A stretch of 64,000 nt of DNA from Eledone cirrhosa (GCA_964016885.1 OZ024742.1:50530001-50594000), one strand, 5' to 3'; counted from the stretch's first letter, positions 14,083 to 29,076 are shown. Notes: generated by a model from the letters alone, not told the origin. Translations and numbers: made by a program.

Positions 14083-14237
14083 TAGTGACGAAACATAAGT
14101 CAATTGCATGAACTCATAATGCTTTATTTACTGCTATATATATTTCGATGATAGCCATTCAATGGTTATCATCGTAATATATATAGCAGTAAATAAAGGA
14201 TTATGAGTTCATGCAATTGACCTATGTTTCGTCACTA
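14083..14237. repeat. Near-perfect 155 bp palindrome built from the 3' half of a hammerhead/pLTR
   Basis: TAGTGACGAAACATA..TTTACTGCTATATATATTTCGATGATAGCCATT-C-AATGGTTATCATCGTAATATATATAGCAGTAAA..TATGTTTCGTCACTA. Confidence 0.9.
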
Positions 14238-14321
14238 TTATAACTCCGGAACTTATATCTTCGTTGAGTGCTTCCTATCTGCATACTGAAGTACTGGACT
14301 TTACCAACACTTACATTGTTG

Positions 14322-14374
<53 letters not shown>

Positions 14375-14376
<2 letters not shown>

Positions 14377-15135
14377 CATGAGAAGAAAGAAGAATACTGC
14401 GTGGTTTGTACATGGGTTACATATGATAAAAATAGTCCTTCGTCAGTAATTTTCCAACCATCATTGGTTTTTCATCGCAATAATATCATATACATCAGGT
14501 TGGTGCGAGCAATAATCTAAAAAAAGTTATTGGGACCAGTAATCGCGTAAAGCGAGGAGGACAAGTGAACAACATAGAAGGATAAAAACAAACCAAAGAA
14601 AGGAAATAAACAAGCAACATGGTAGTCCTGGTCAGCATAAGCTGGGTGGATTTCATGTGCGAAAAGTATAGACGTCCGACGTGAGTGAGATGTAAGCAAG
14701 AAGAGAGGCCCACTGTTAGCCAAACGGGAGGAAGTGAGAAGGGGAGAAACAGAGAGAGAGTGAGTGGAAGTGCGAGGAAGCGGTCAGTCGAGAGAAAGTG
14801 TAACTGACAGAGGGAGCGAAAGAAGGTGAGAGAAACAGAGACAGCGGGGAAGCAGTAAGAGAGAAACAGACACACGCAGCCGAGGTAAATATATATAAAA
14901 AACATGAGAAGAAAGAAGTATACTGCGTGATTTGTACATGGGTTACATATGATAAAAATAGTCCTTCGTCAGTGATTTTCCAACCATCATTGGTATTTCA
15001 TCGCATTAAAAATCAGATACCTCACGTTGGTGCGAGCAATAATCTAAAAAAAGTTATTGGGACCAGTAATCGCGTAAAGCGATGGGGACAACTGAACAAC
15101 ATAGAAGGATAAAAATAAACCAAAGAAAGGAAATA
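14375..15135. repeat. Direct repeats of ~235 bp (14375-14608, 14901-15135) around a ~290 bp purine-rich core
   Basis: AACATGAGAAGAAAGAAG..AACCAAAGAAAGGAAATA occurs twice; (TA)n on both sides. Confidence 0.9.
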
Positions 15136-15165
15136 GATATATAAATATATATATATATATATTTC

Positions 15166-15237
<72 letters not shown>

Positions 15238-18200
15238 GAGTGTGAGTGTGTATGTATATATTGTTTATTCGATAAATAGAACTGGCTCTGCCTAAAGTTT
15301 ACCTTCACGTTGCGCATTTTTCATATGTGGATACCGTTAACGTCATTGTTATAGAGATTCAGCGTGGCAGATTGGGTGTGACGTTTGACGTTTTAAATTA
15401 GAGGTACAACATATTTTTCCAAAGCAGATGGATGGAAGCAACGCAAAATATAATGTGTTGCCTTCAGGGCAGGCAATAAATCGAGAGCACCATAAAATAT
15501 ATACTTTAATCGGTATGTAATATCCAGAAAGCGTAAACTGACACAGAAATATTCACAAACAGATGTCGCTTAAAATTTCAGCTGTGATACTGATTATTAT
15601 AGGAGTTTAAGGTTTTATGAATATAAGCAGAATACAAAATATGTACTGTAACATGACACTTCGCAATCAAAGAGAGCTGTGAAGTTTTTTTTTATCTTTA
15701 ATAATATAAACATGTTCCAAAGGAACATGTTCCAATGGGAAATAATTTTGTCAATATAAAAACATAACTATGAAGATAATTAAACATGATCTTCTCTACG
15801 CTGTTTCAAGTACACTTTGCGAGATATTTATCAGCATGTTTACTGACGCCTAAGAGATAGATCGAAAGCAAAATAAAGTAAAATAAAATAAACAAAAAAT
15901 TACAACAATAAAGAAATGAATATGAAAGTTTGCGCGAAAATACAGGATTCTTTACGTTTGAAAAATATTGCATGCAGACAATTTTAATACGTGGCAAATT
16001 TTGCAGCTTTTTTAGTTATCCGAATAATTTGTTTTTCCATATTGATAATTGAGTTATTACAGGGTTAAATAGATACACGCGAGTATGTGAATGCGACCCC
16101 CAAATCACTCTACATCCATGATATATTGCAGATGCGATGAATAATTGAGTGTTGGATACTCTATGTATAGGATACTCTATGTATAGAAAGAATCGGAAAA
16201 TGACTTGGTTGTCATTGCTAGATCATACTTCGTGAAGTTTTACCTGAATCGAAATAAACCATGACTAATAGTGTTATGGATGAAATAGTATCCAGCACAT
16301 TGGTAAGTATTCCTTGTTTCCATATACAAATATGCAATAGTGTCTCAATACCTAAGAATGGTAAAAAGTGAAAATCTTAAGAAATTCATAAACCGACCTA
16401 AAGCGTTATACATTTTGACTAGATCAGACTGACTAGTCGATGGTGGATCTCAAAACTAAAAGAAATTTGACAGGATTTCAAATACCAATGAAAGAAAAAT
16501 AAAGGGCATAAAGGAGATTGCTTGACAGTCCTTTGAGCAATTACGGGTGTGAATTTTGTCCGAAAATGGGATGAAATTGTGGAATTGATAACGAAATTAT
16601 TACATCTACTTTCATAATATGTGCAGCAATGAATATTCCAAATTTTCTCCAATATATGAAACCTGAGGCTGCTTCTACAACCAAATATATTCAAATACAC
16701 TCTCAAAGTACAAACAGCTATCTTTAAAAAAACAGAATATATTAGACAATGTGTAGTGAAATAAACAAAAATGAGAGATATGTTTTCATTCACTCACATC
16801 CATTTGTTTAAATGGTTCAATTATGACTTTGCATTATAACATTTTATTTGGTTAATTATGTTAAGGACAAATTAGCATGAACAGTTCTCAAATTATATAT
16901 CTGTCACAAACTCTCAACGAATTGACACATAAGAAGCGCAGTGCGGTTCGTAGTTTGCAGTTTAAGATGTAAATAACATTAATTTAATAAGATAAATTTA
17001 AGTTTTAAATTGGTGGTGTCCAGTTAACTCAGCTAAACACATATGGTATTGATTTCACAATTTAAGATATAATTTAGTGATGTAAAGTTAAGTTTTAAAC
17101 TGGTGTTGTCTAGTCAACATAACGAAACTAATAGCTTATTGTTTCCAATTTTTCTCGATCTCAGGAAAATGAAAATAATATTGACTTGAGTGTCAGCTAA
17201 ACGCAGAGACGTGCCGATATCTGATTAGCGAACGTATCCAGCATTTTAATACAAATCGGTGGACTCTTATTTCTTTAATTCAATATTTATTGAAATTGAC
17301 GTCTATAGTGGCTAGTCATAATTTAATAACACGAACATTGGTGAAAGGCAATATTCGACAATATCCCCATAAATATATGCTTCAAGGCATACATTTCAGC
17401 ATTCTATAATTTCTGTGAAGCGAATTATACTGTACTACATACCATGAACGGTTCTCTTTAAGATTGGTATTATTTGAACTGAGAATATAAGAAGTGATAA
17501 CTAAAAGCCGAAAGGTATGTTTTCCAACATTTTACCAATCTATCAATCTACCACGCTTAATACATTTCATTCATAATGATGGTATTTTACAATTATGCCA
17601 TAATTATTTTGAAAACTACGGTAAAATCATTTCAGAATATTTGGCATATATTTTTTGTTATAAAATCTTAGTCTCGGTCTACAGATATCTCAAGATATGT
17701 TGTGAAGATCTAAAGATATATGAGATTTATGATTCCAGTGAGGAGTAGGTTTTTTTTCAGAAACTTCTCACACAAGAATAAATTATGTAAAAACAATAGA
17801 TTCTACTAAATATATTGAAAATGATATCGGCAATGTTAAAACATGTGTCCGATTAAGTCTACCGTATTAATTTTATTGAATCAGTTTATACGAAAACTGT
17901 TGAAGATTGAAACTAAATAGTGTAAGAAATAGATTTTTGTTTTTATTTCATCAAACGGCTCCACAATCTTTTGTTTAAAAATACCATATTTATTTTTATT
18001 TGACCACAAACATATGTTCATTCTTTAGTGATGTAGCTAAATCTGACTGGTATATTCAAAGCTATTTGAATCAAAATTACTCTTTTAACTACAAGAAGCT
18101 TTGAACTCAGATATGAACTGGGGTAAATATATATCAAAATCTGAAACTCGATCGTTACAACACATTTGTTACATTAAAACAACAATTATGAAATATGAGA

Positions 18201-18987
18201 CATTAGCAGGAAAGTTTGTATCTTTATGAGATGGGAAAGTTCCAAAGTGGAAATGACAAACGGAGAAGAATAATTAGGTGCCAAAGAGCAGGAATTTATT
18301 CCCTAAAGCCAAGAAGTAAACTTAATAAATCACAATTCCATATGTACGTACAAATCATTTCATACATAATTATATCTACATACAAACACAAACACACACA
18401 CAAATAGACACACAAACACACACACATACAAACATACATGCATACACATACATACACACACACATACATACATACATGCATACACACATACATAGATATA
18501 TATACACACACATACATAGATATATATCCCTATATACATACATATATACACACATAATTTAGTATAGATGAGTGTAAAATGGGAATGTTTCCATTCCTGT
18601 TTGTAGAACTGCCATGGGGTGTGGAAGAACGTTGAAATATAATGCCATTGACCTCTAACATAACAAGTCTCTGCTACAACTATCTTTAGGAAAAATAAGT
18701 CCATATTTTAGTTTTGTAGACGTAGTGATGATCATTGCATGTAATTTGTTAAGGGTGCAGCGAAATCTGTGAATACGTGTGATACTCTTTATAAATATTT
18801 GCTACCCTTACATAAGTCTGTGTGTATACATTCCTGAGTATTTGCTATATATATACTGTATATATATAAATATATATATATATAAGGATTAAAATACTGG
18901 AGCGTGTTGGATTTAAACACCCTCTTCGTATTATAGAAATGACAGTAAAAGGTATAGCTCAATGTAATTAAACAGAGCAGAAGAATA

Positions 18988-19553
18988 ATGAAAATAAAAC
19001 AAAGCCTTCAATACATCAAAAGTCTTTATTAGCCAACAATGTGTCGTCCTATTAAGGACTCATCAGGGCAATTAAAACTACAAGAACCACTATCGGCGAA
19101 GAGACCCCGAAAACTCCGAAGAATATGGAGTGTACATACACTAAATTATTGGAAGATTATTGGTAAAAATATATAATCAAAATCACTAAAGAGTGGATAA
19201 CATTTTGAACCATATTACAAATATAGTCCAAAGCAAAAAAACTAGAGCTAAACAAAGGTGGTTATATAACCACCTTTGTTTAGCTCTAGTTTGTTTAGCT
19301 CTAGTTTTTTGCTTTGGACTATATTTGTAATATGGTTCAAAATGTTATCCACCTCCTTAGTGATTTTTATTATATATTTTTACCCATACTCTTCCAATAC
19401 TTTAGTGTATGTACACTCCATATTCTTCGGAGTTTTCGGCTTGTATTATGCTTCTTGTAGTTTTAATTGCCCCGATGAGTCCTTAATAGGACGAAACATT
19501 GTTGGCTAATAAAGACTTTTGATGTATTGAAGGCTTCTTTGTTTTATTTTCAT
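18988..19553. repeat. ~565 bp spacerless palindrome with a hammerhead in each arm
   Basis: Centre AAACAAAGGTGGTTAT|ATAACCACCTTTGTTT at 19265/19266; arms align out to ATGAAAATAAAAC / GTTTTATTTTCAT. Confidence 0.92.
19467..19509 (+). ncRNA. Minimal type I hammerhead (mirror copy 19029-19071 on minus)
   Basis: TTGCC-CCGATGA-GTCCT-TAAT-AGGAC-GAAA-CATTG-TT-GGCTAA. Minus copy has intact CTGATGA but GACA instead of GAAA. Confidence 0.8.
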
Positions 19554-19554
19554 A

Positions 19555-19661
<107 letters not shown>

Positions 19662-20076
19662 CGCGCGTGTCTGTGTGTGTGAAACCTCGACATGAAAAAG
19701 AAACGCGGGAAAACAATATAGTACATTGATGATATATAATACTTTAACACTTGTTACAGAAGGAAAAGTCTTAACTTTTCGGACGTCGTTACTTGAGCGG
19801 AAGATAGAATAAGAGACAGAAGAAGAAATATATAAATAACTCCAAGAATAGAAAGAAAGGTGAACAATGTATTCGCACATGGAAAACACATATGTATTTA
19901 GGGAGCCAGTTTGGGAAGTGCAAGTCAGAATATGACTTGGATATTAAAGAACTATTAGACGAAAGTTAATTATCGTATATTTTGAATGATTATGTCCGTT
20001 TGTGTGCATATATATATAGAGAGAGAGAATCGCGGACCGGGTCTAAATATAGCAGGTACCAGGAGATGAAATCATT

Positions 20077-20782
20077 TAATTTTGATTTTGAAAGTAGGTT
20101 TATAATTATCAATGTTTATTATACTTTTGTAGCTGTCTCGGTATCTTAGCTGGGTGAATCATAGACGGAGTAATCCTGGTCTGAAGTTCGATCCTGGTCG
20201 GGAGTAGGGTTCCCGATAAACCTTTTCACTTTTTTTTCTATTGGATATAAAATAAAATAAAAACTGAAAGACATTGCATGTACCTCTTGACCAGGATTGA
20301 ACCCAAAGCTAGAATCTCCACCATCTTTAGTACCTACCTCTAGGCCACTGAGACAACTACGAAAATCTGGTGAAAATTCATACTTATATATCTACTTTCA
20401 AAAATTTCAAAACTAAAGGAATGCCATGAATGACACCACAACTTTTTAACTTTGATTTTGAAAATAGGATTATAATTATTAATTTTCATTATACATTTGT
20501 AGCTGTCACGGTAGCCTAGTTGGAAGAATCATAGACAGTGGTGATCTTAGTCTGAAGTTTTATCACAGAGGGGAGTAGGGTACCCGGTAAAACTTTTCAG
20601 TTTTTATTTTACATCCCATACAAAAAGAGAAAAATATGATTACATTCATCTCTTGACCGGGATTGAACTCAAGGCTGCTAACCTCACCGTCTCTAGTACC
20701 TACCACTAGGCTACTGAGACAGCTACGAACATCTCATGAAAATTCATACTTATTAACCTACTGTCAACATTTTCAAAACAAA
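20077..20782. mobile_element. Two tandem ~340 bp units, each with two convergent tRNA-like sequences
   Basis: Units ~20077-20417 and ~20447-20782. Minus arm GTAGCCTAGTGGTAGGTACT..GTG..AGCAGCCTTGAGTTCAATCCCGGTCA has A- and B-box motifs and resembles tRNA-His. Plus arm has GTAGCCTAGTTGG / AGTTCGATCC. Confidence 0.65.
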
Positions 20783-20975
20783 ATGATGTGTTGTCGTTCA
20801 TCAAATACTTTGCTTAATTGTTTTATTTATTTTAAAACAATATTCTTTCTCTTAGACTTCAGTTATGTTTTGAAAGCTAAGCATTGTTCCGTAAAATACT
20901 ACTGTGGGACTTGCAATGCTACCCTGGGCCCTCTGCCATTGGGCAACATAGAGACCTGGCAACCTGGCCAGTCCG

Positions 20976-21032
<57 letters not shown>

Positions 21033-21236
21033 AATGGCTCCTACAGAGGAAGCCTGGGCCTCCCGCTGATTTCTCCCGAATGAAACAGTTCTAGTCCAGT
21101 AGAAGCCATATCTACATTAAATATTTATACACTGCTATGTATTGAGTACCTTACTGTGGTTACCCCCGATTGAACCCGGGATAAACTTATATATATATAA
21201 AATTAGAATTGATGCTCTGAAATAGCTATATATATA

Positions 21237-21869
<633 letters not shown>

Positions 21870-24159
21870 TTTGGTAGGGTTATATTGTTGTACAGAACAC
21901 ACTCACCTTTTGGTTGGTTTGCACTTCTGCATCTCTTATATCTCCATAGTTAATTTATTTGGCAGTCAATTTTTAACGTTGACTGACCATCAGTTAAAAA
22001 TACAGATATAAATATGTATATATATAGTCTAACAAAGTTCTTTCGTTGCACATCTGCAACATCATGTGTTTTCTGTGTGTGTGTGTGTGTTAGCATTTGT
22101 GTGTATGTGAGGCTGGATTTGATATAAAAGTGGAATTGCATAATTTGCTGTTGTTTTGGGCCTTGATGAAACATCTGACCGGTCGCTCCCTCTTTGTATC
22201 GGTCACTCTCGACCTCCGGCGTCCCGGGGGCATGCATTTCTGATTTCCTCTGCATATCAGAACGACGGCGGCCCACCTGAGGAGGAGAATGGCTCTTAAG
22301 GAGGGGCGGCTGTTACAATAGATATCTCTGGTCATATTCCGCAGTAATACATTTACAATTATGGTGACGGGGCGCGGCTAAGAACCAGGTCAAACACGAG
22401 TGAAGTGTCTGTCCCTCCATATTCTGTTGCTTCATCCTATTTATTTCCTTTTTCTTCGCTTAGTTTCTTTTTTTTAACCCTCTTATTTTCTCCTCTAATA
22501 GTGTTTTATTTTTATTAGATACTACTGCTCAATAATTGTTATATAATGCTGATTGTATTTCCTAATAGCTTGAAACTTTTCTCATATTGAATATGTTTCT
22601 CTTTATGTTTAGTTTATAAATTTATATACTTTGAATAAACTCTCAACTGTTCCTTAAAAAACAGCATTAACTATTTCAGTGTTGATTTCATGAATGACTA
22701 TATTTTGAGATGTCTTTATCTAATATGACGGCGTTCTGGCTGTCACTTCTACAGTTCTACAGGTTGTGTTAACTCAACAAAATAACAGCAATGGCATGTT
22801 TCTCTGAAACCATGTTACAAATATGATAGTTCAGTTTAAGTTACACAGCGTTTTAGAGATTCCAAAATGCTACCGGTTACTAGGTCAATAGCAGTCACCA
22901 ATAATGTCTAACATGCTTGCCCTTAATTGTTTCGCTGCTGAGATATTTGTGTTCTACCATTACATGAAATACTTTTACCAACAGCACATTTAAACAAGTG
23001 CACGCGAGGGGCTGTCTTTTTTTATCGGCGTTTTAATAGTGCTAGCTCATGACAAAACATTGAAACATTTGCTGAGAAAGACAAGAAAGCACATTTTCTC
23101 GATATAGAATCACTTTGAGATAATGTTTCATAACGCATTGCTTTCTAATTGATGCACAAGGGCAGCAAATGTGGGGGAAGGGAAACGTAGATTAAATCAT
23201 CTCAATTACTTGGCTGGTACATTATGTTATCGACACTGGAATGATGAAAAATTATATTGAACTAGACGAAATATGAACACAGATTCGAAAGAGTAACCAA
23301 AACAACCTCAATCATATTTAATCCTGCGCTCTAACAATGGTAGGTCGTCACCCAATTTTTCAGTAATTTAAAATCCAAATTTCCTAATTTATTGTTAGGT
23401 TCTAACCCGTGCGTGCGTATATATCTATAAATGAACGGTTGATAACATTAAAGAATCAACGGGGAGTCATTCGATTAGGAAAAATTAGAAATAATTGCTT
23501 GTTATTTCACATCACAATATTTTGTGTTTACAACAATATTCAGTGAAATTTTTAAGAATCACAGCATATTTTTGTATGGCATTATATAATCATGCAGTAT
23601 GAAAAAAAGTTAATTAATATGATGCCATTGCAGTTTGCCACATGAAATCATTATTTCTAAATGTGCGTTTAGTATACAAACTCTCGGCAATAAAATTTGA
23701 GTAATGTTGGTTCGGATAAAAGTCACAGATCTTTGACTCTCAGCAAATATATATGAGTCATTGTCCATTATAATGCTTATATGTATGTATCTTAATTGTT
23801 ATAACTTACAACAATAACAAATCAATATATAATAGATATGAAAATTAGTTAAGTAAAGCGTTATAAAAGCATACCCTTCCGATAATGCATTACAATATCT
23901 TTATCAAAATAAAGTTAGAAATTTGGAATTGCAAAAAAGAATTATACGTTCTTATGAATTGAGAAACGGAGAACAAATCGATATTATCCTCATTATCTTT
24001 AACTACACCGTCCTAAAGTTGCTTTACTTTTCAATAGGAATACAAAGAGAGGGGGAGTGAGAAAGAGAAAGTTGGAAGTGATAAGGAGAGAGGTGGGTGA
24101 GTGAGAATAAAAGTGAGAAAGAGGGAGAGAGCAGGTGAGAAATAAAATAAGGACCTGTA

Positions 24160-26700
24160 ATTACTTCAAAACCAAAATATCTGCCCCTTCTTCATCAACA
24201 ATGTTATGGATCAAATTTGTGGGGTGGAGCGCACTTCCTTCTCCACACTCATATTCATTTCCAAGTGAATCTTGAAAAGGTTTATGAGGGTTTTGTCGAA
24301 AGGAAAAATGTTTGACTTCAGTCTTTTCAGCCTCGTCTACCACACAACCTCATTTACTACAGCCACCAGGCAGCAGAAAAGTGTCTGCACTTCCGGGACA
24401 AAAGAAGGCAGCAGGCTGATCTTCACGATGAACACGATTAATAAACAAATCCACCCCAAATGCGATAACAGCTGTTCGACATAACTCCATAGGTCAGTAA
24501 ATCACGGAGACTGGAGTAGTGCGTACATTACGGGCTCGTCGTTGTGCACGCATTTCCGACAAATCTGTCAGACCACAAATCCGTGTGGTCGTGCTTGCCT
24601 ATGAGTAATTCTCAATAGAACTCTAGATTGGAATGTTCGCTGACCGGATTACCCGACTGATAGAGGGCAGTGAGCGGCTAATAATATTCCAGATGCCAAG
24701 CGCCCAGTCTCGGTCTCTCTTTAAGTCAGGACTGCAGCTCAGTCAAAGAGAGGGGCTGAGGAAAGGCCTGTCTCACAAACGTCGACCACACCTGTTCAGA
24801 GTTTAAGTATATCTAAAGATGTCGTAGTTTCATCGCATGTTTGCGCATCATTATTCGAAGACCCAGGTCTCGGTTGTCGAGTCTATTGAAAATAATGAAT
24901 TGATCTACATTGCTCATAGCCCCACTGAAGCCAGGTTTACACCCTGCCCTCTATACGATGTATGACATGGGATGGAGGTTGTCATGTACGGACGTTGTCG
25001 GGTTTGCGCATGTTTGCGCCTTCCTTACCAATACCTCAACGACAAGTGCAATCCTCTTCTCTAACCACTTGGCCGAAACCTTAAAGTGTGTGTTTAGCAG
25101 AGTTATGGGCCTGAATTGTCTAAGTTATACATCTGTTTTCTCATCATCGTTACTACGATCAGGCTCACAAAACTGTTCTGCTACCAGTTGCATTAGAGCG
25201 CGAGGAAATGCTCGAAAAACAAATGTGGCACATGTATGTAAAAATTTATGTAAAATTCGTTGTGCAGTACATCCAACTCCGGTGACTTGCGCCTCATTGA
25301 AATGAGCCGAGAATCCAGAAACTAGGCTGAGGTTATCGGCATTTTCCATCATTTAGCATCGGCTGTGGAAAGTCACAGGAGACTGTCGAGGTAGGACCTG
25401 ATGTCCCCAATCGATTCCGACCCCACGAACAGTCGAACAATGTGCTAGCAAAAGGCCACACACATTTACCTAGCATATTGCAACACGTTTTAGTCTCGGG
25501 CCGTCAAAACCGATCTTGGTAGTGTTACCAGACTGCGCCTCCGCCTCACGGGCCCAACGAACTTCTTTCGTTCCTTCGTTTCTTAGAGCACGCGCCTTAG
25601 CTCTGACAATGCAAATTACCTGTTTTGTATTTAAGATATATCCTAATACCATTCTCACCACTTTCCCATCAGTTGCATTGTCACTTGTTATCGCCTCGTC
25701 GAATTTAACAACTAGTTCACAATCTTTACTATTTTTTCTAACTGTATTCCTTTACTAAATCTATTCTAATCTCTCGTGAGAGCACCCCATTAATTATTAT
25801 TGAGGACACCCGCTATCAACTTACAATTAACTAAAATAGTGACCTGGTCCCCGTAAGCCTTACGCGCTGGGAATAACAGATTCTGTTTACAGTAAACAGG
25901 TCCTACCTTATAAGTTCTATCTAGGGCGACCATGCAGATCCCAAATTTGTGATCAGAATATGCGACCGTTTGGAAAGGTAGACAAATTATACTATCCTTA
26001 TCTACTGACTTCGTCAGTAAAGGGCGAGACGATCCCAAATACGTTTCCAGGTGCCTAAAGATATCAGTCAGTCCATGCTCAGGCGATGCGTAAATGACAA
26101 CCAATTTCAAGGTACCAGCTTGCTTATTGCTAACATCCAGAACATCCAGCTTACCATTCGGGTCCATGAAGATATTCCATACCTCAATATCCAGGCCTTT
26201 CCTAAAAGGGCAACTAAGAGATGCGAAGATCTTAGAGTTATCGGAAATGAAGGTTAGTGTGCGTGTGTCGTTTCCTTCCCGGGAGTGAGGTTTGCGATCC
26301 CTTGGGTTTTTTAAAGGGAAGAAGGCCCACAGATGAGTTGCTTTGCCACAGATAAAGCAGTCTGGCCTTCTGTCCTCAGTGACCACTTGTATATTGGATC
26401 TGTCATGAAAGCGAACATCATCCGGAATGTTATACGTTCCTGCGACATACTTTGGAGAAGTTTCTGAAAATCACTCCCTGGCCAACTTTTTCTTTGCGTT
26501 TTTCCTTACACCGAGGAGAATATTGTTGGTACCCTCTTTGACAATGTATCCCATGAGCTACCATAATTTCATTCCTGGTGCGATACTGGGAATGCGGTCC
26601 TTCACCATCCATATAGGACGGTTTCATGATAATGTGGTCCGTTTTACAGGTGGCCACCCATTGTACCTTGACTAATGCATCGGTTTTGAACTCTCTAGTC
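24160..26700 (-). mobile_element. Highly degenerate Tx1/L1-clade LINE (zinc knuckle, APE, RT remnants)
   Basis: Minus translations: RPDCFICGKATH (CCHC-like); LVVIYASP..AYSDHKF..VGPVYCKQN (APE SDH / GPGYWKLN-like); VLAKWLEKRI..AQTCA..SVHDNL (RT, ~24970-25080). Confidence 0.7.
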
Positions 26701-27194
26701 CTTGCTATTTACTCAATGCCTATGAGGCATATCAATGCTATCTCCAGTTGTGATTAGTGGGGGTGGAGTTCCACTTTACATGTTTGCACTAAAAAACATC
26801 TACATATCAGTGTACTTCTTTTCGTTTCTGCCATTATTTCGCCCGGTAATGTTAGGTTGGCTTAGTTGTTTTACTCTCTTAATGAGTGTTTATGCTTAGT
26901 CCAAACGTTCTTTCTTGTTTCAGATATCAACTTGAAAGAACTGTCTTCATTTTGCAGCCGCGGATGCGAATATACCATTGCGGCTGTTGTCATTATAACC
27001 GTTGTTGATTCGTTTGTTTTGTTGTTGTTGTTGTTGTTGTTGGTAATGCTGTCTGTAGTTGGTGTAGTGGTAACACTATTCATAATGGTGATGGTGGGGG
27101 CCATGGATGGCACCCTATATACAATTCCTGAGAAAAAATTTACTTTGAAATAAGTAAAAATAAACAACACTTCATGCGCTCATAATGGCACGTC

Positions 27195-27530
27195 TGTCAG
27201 TAATAATTGTTTCTACATTTGACACAAGGCCAGCAAATTACCCAGTGCATTACTGGTACTTTATTTGATCGACCCCGTAAAGATAAAAGGCAAAGTTAAC
27301 CTTGGCGGATCTGTCAATAATAATTGTTTCTACGTTTGGCACAAGGCCAGCAATTACCCAGTGCATTACTGGTAATTTATTTTATCGACCCCGTAAGGAT
27401 GAAAGGCAAAGTTAACCTCGGCGCGATTTGAACTCAGAATGGAAAGGGCTGTAACTCTTTGCGTCAAAGCATGGCGTCCGAACCTCTACTGATACTGCCA
27501 ATTCACCGCCTCTGTCAATAATAATGGTTG
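27195..27530 (-). mobile_element. Tandem partial plus full tRNA-derived SINE copies
   Basis: TCGACCCCGTAAGGATGAAAGGCAAAGTTAACCTCGGCGCGATTTGAACTCAGA is the reverse complement of the SINE at 49975-50163; 27195-27310 duplicates its 3' part. Confidence 0.75.
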
Positions 27531-28240
27531 CTGATTTAGGCACATGGCCAAATTTGGGGGAAAGGAAAGGCGATTAAAACGACTCCAGCACGTTACTGTT
27601 TTATCGATCACGTAAGGAGAAAAGGAAACGATAGCGTTGGCGGGATTTGAACTTATGAAAAAAAAAAGGGCCGTAACTCTATAATTGTCATACATAATAT
27701 GATGTATGACAATTAAACAGCATCCATCTAAGATTGTACATACTTACACACACACTCATCAATATTTTTTTCTACCTATTTTGTTGTGTCACAATGTGAA
27801 TTGAATTGAAAAATATCTTCTTTGGGGCTTCGAATCAAGAGATCTCCAATCTCCAGAGGTTATTTCCTTTTTTCCATTATCTTTTCCGTTGTCTTTGACT
27901 TGTGTTCCCCCTCCTGTTTTAAATGTAAATATATATATTGATTTCATATGTTATGGCTTATTATATTGTTAATTTATTAACTTGCCATTGAACCACACTG
28001 GCATACGGTCGGACTATGCTTGCGTCCCTGTGTGTATTAATTACATCTAGGAACACATACCTATATTATTATACCCCCCAATGCACACGGTCCATAATGA
28101 AATTGTTTCATCATTCATCCACTCTCATTCTGCGGCAATTTTGTATGGCGCCAGTTTGTAATTTGAACTCGGGAATTTTATATTCTCCGAGAGAGAAAAG
28201 CCTTCTGACGATGATCTCTTTCTCAATGGAAATCTCCCTT

Positions 28241-28280
<40 letters not shown>

Positions 28281-28281
28281 T

Positions 28282-28337
<56 letters not shown>

Positions 28338-28356
28338 AGATATATATATATAGGGA

Positions 28357-28452
<96 letters not shown>

Positions 28453-29026
28453 GGAGAGAGAGTTAACTTCACACAATACCAAACCATACTTGGGAACGAG
28501 TGTTTCTCAACTATGGTTTCGTAATTGAGAAATTAACTCAATTCGTCCTTTGGATTTAGGATATCAGCTTCAGATTTTTCCTCTCTCTTTATATATATAT
28601 ATATATGTTTGTATGTACTTGAGTGTGTGTGTGTTCGTGTCTGTACTAGTAATTATTTTTATATGTTCTTTCTATGTCAGTGTTTATAGACTATTTCTTA
28701 ATTACACTGATGTATGTTTCAGAGAGTAGTCTTTTGTGTTAGATTTCAGCTATGTATACGCGGTTTGCTTTGGATTGTGATGTGGCGGAAACATTTAAAA
28801 GCATTTTGTGCGGCGCTCCGATGTTTGTAAAAGAGACAATTATATATATTGTATATCTGTCGTCTTTGATATTGTTACTATTGTTCTTGTTTTCGGTGTT
28901 ATTGTTTCCGACATTTCATGAATTTGTATGGAGATTTTGTAATTTGCACTGTTTGATTTCGAAAATACATTACTTTATCTTTTGAAAAGTCGTCTCTTTT
29001 GAATGCCATCCGAATATGTGTTTGTT

Positions 29027-29076
<50 letters not shown>

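Noticed and set aside
16419-16793. Possible minus-strand exon (CAG|GTTTCAT..CATTG|GTATTT)
   Set aside because: Weak splice context and no recognisable protein; not enough support.
22150-22400. GC-rich patch ending TTTACA..TGGTGAC, like an LTR end plus primer-binding site
   Set aside because: No second LTR, target-site duplication or gag/pol sequence visible.
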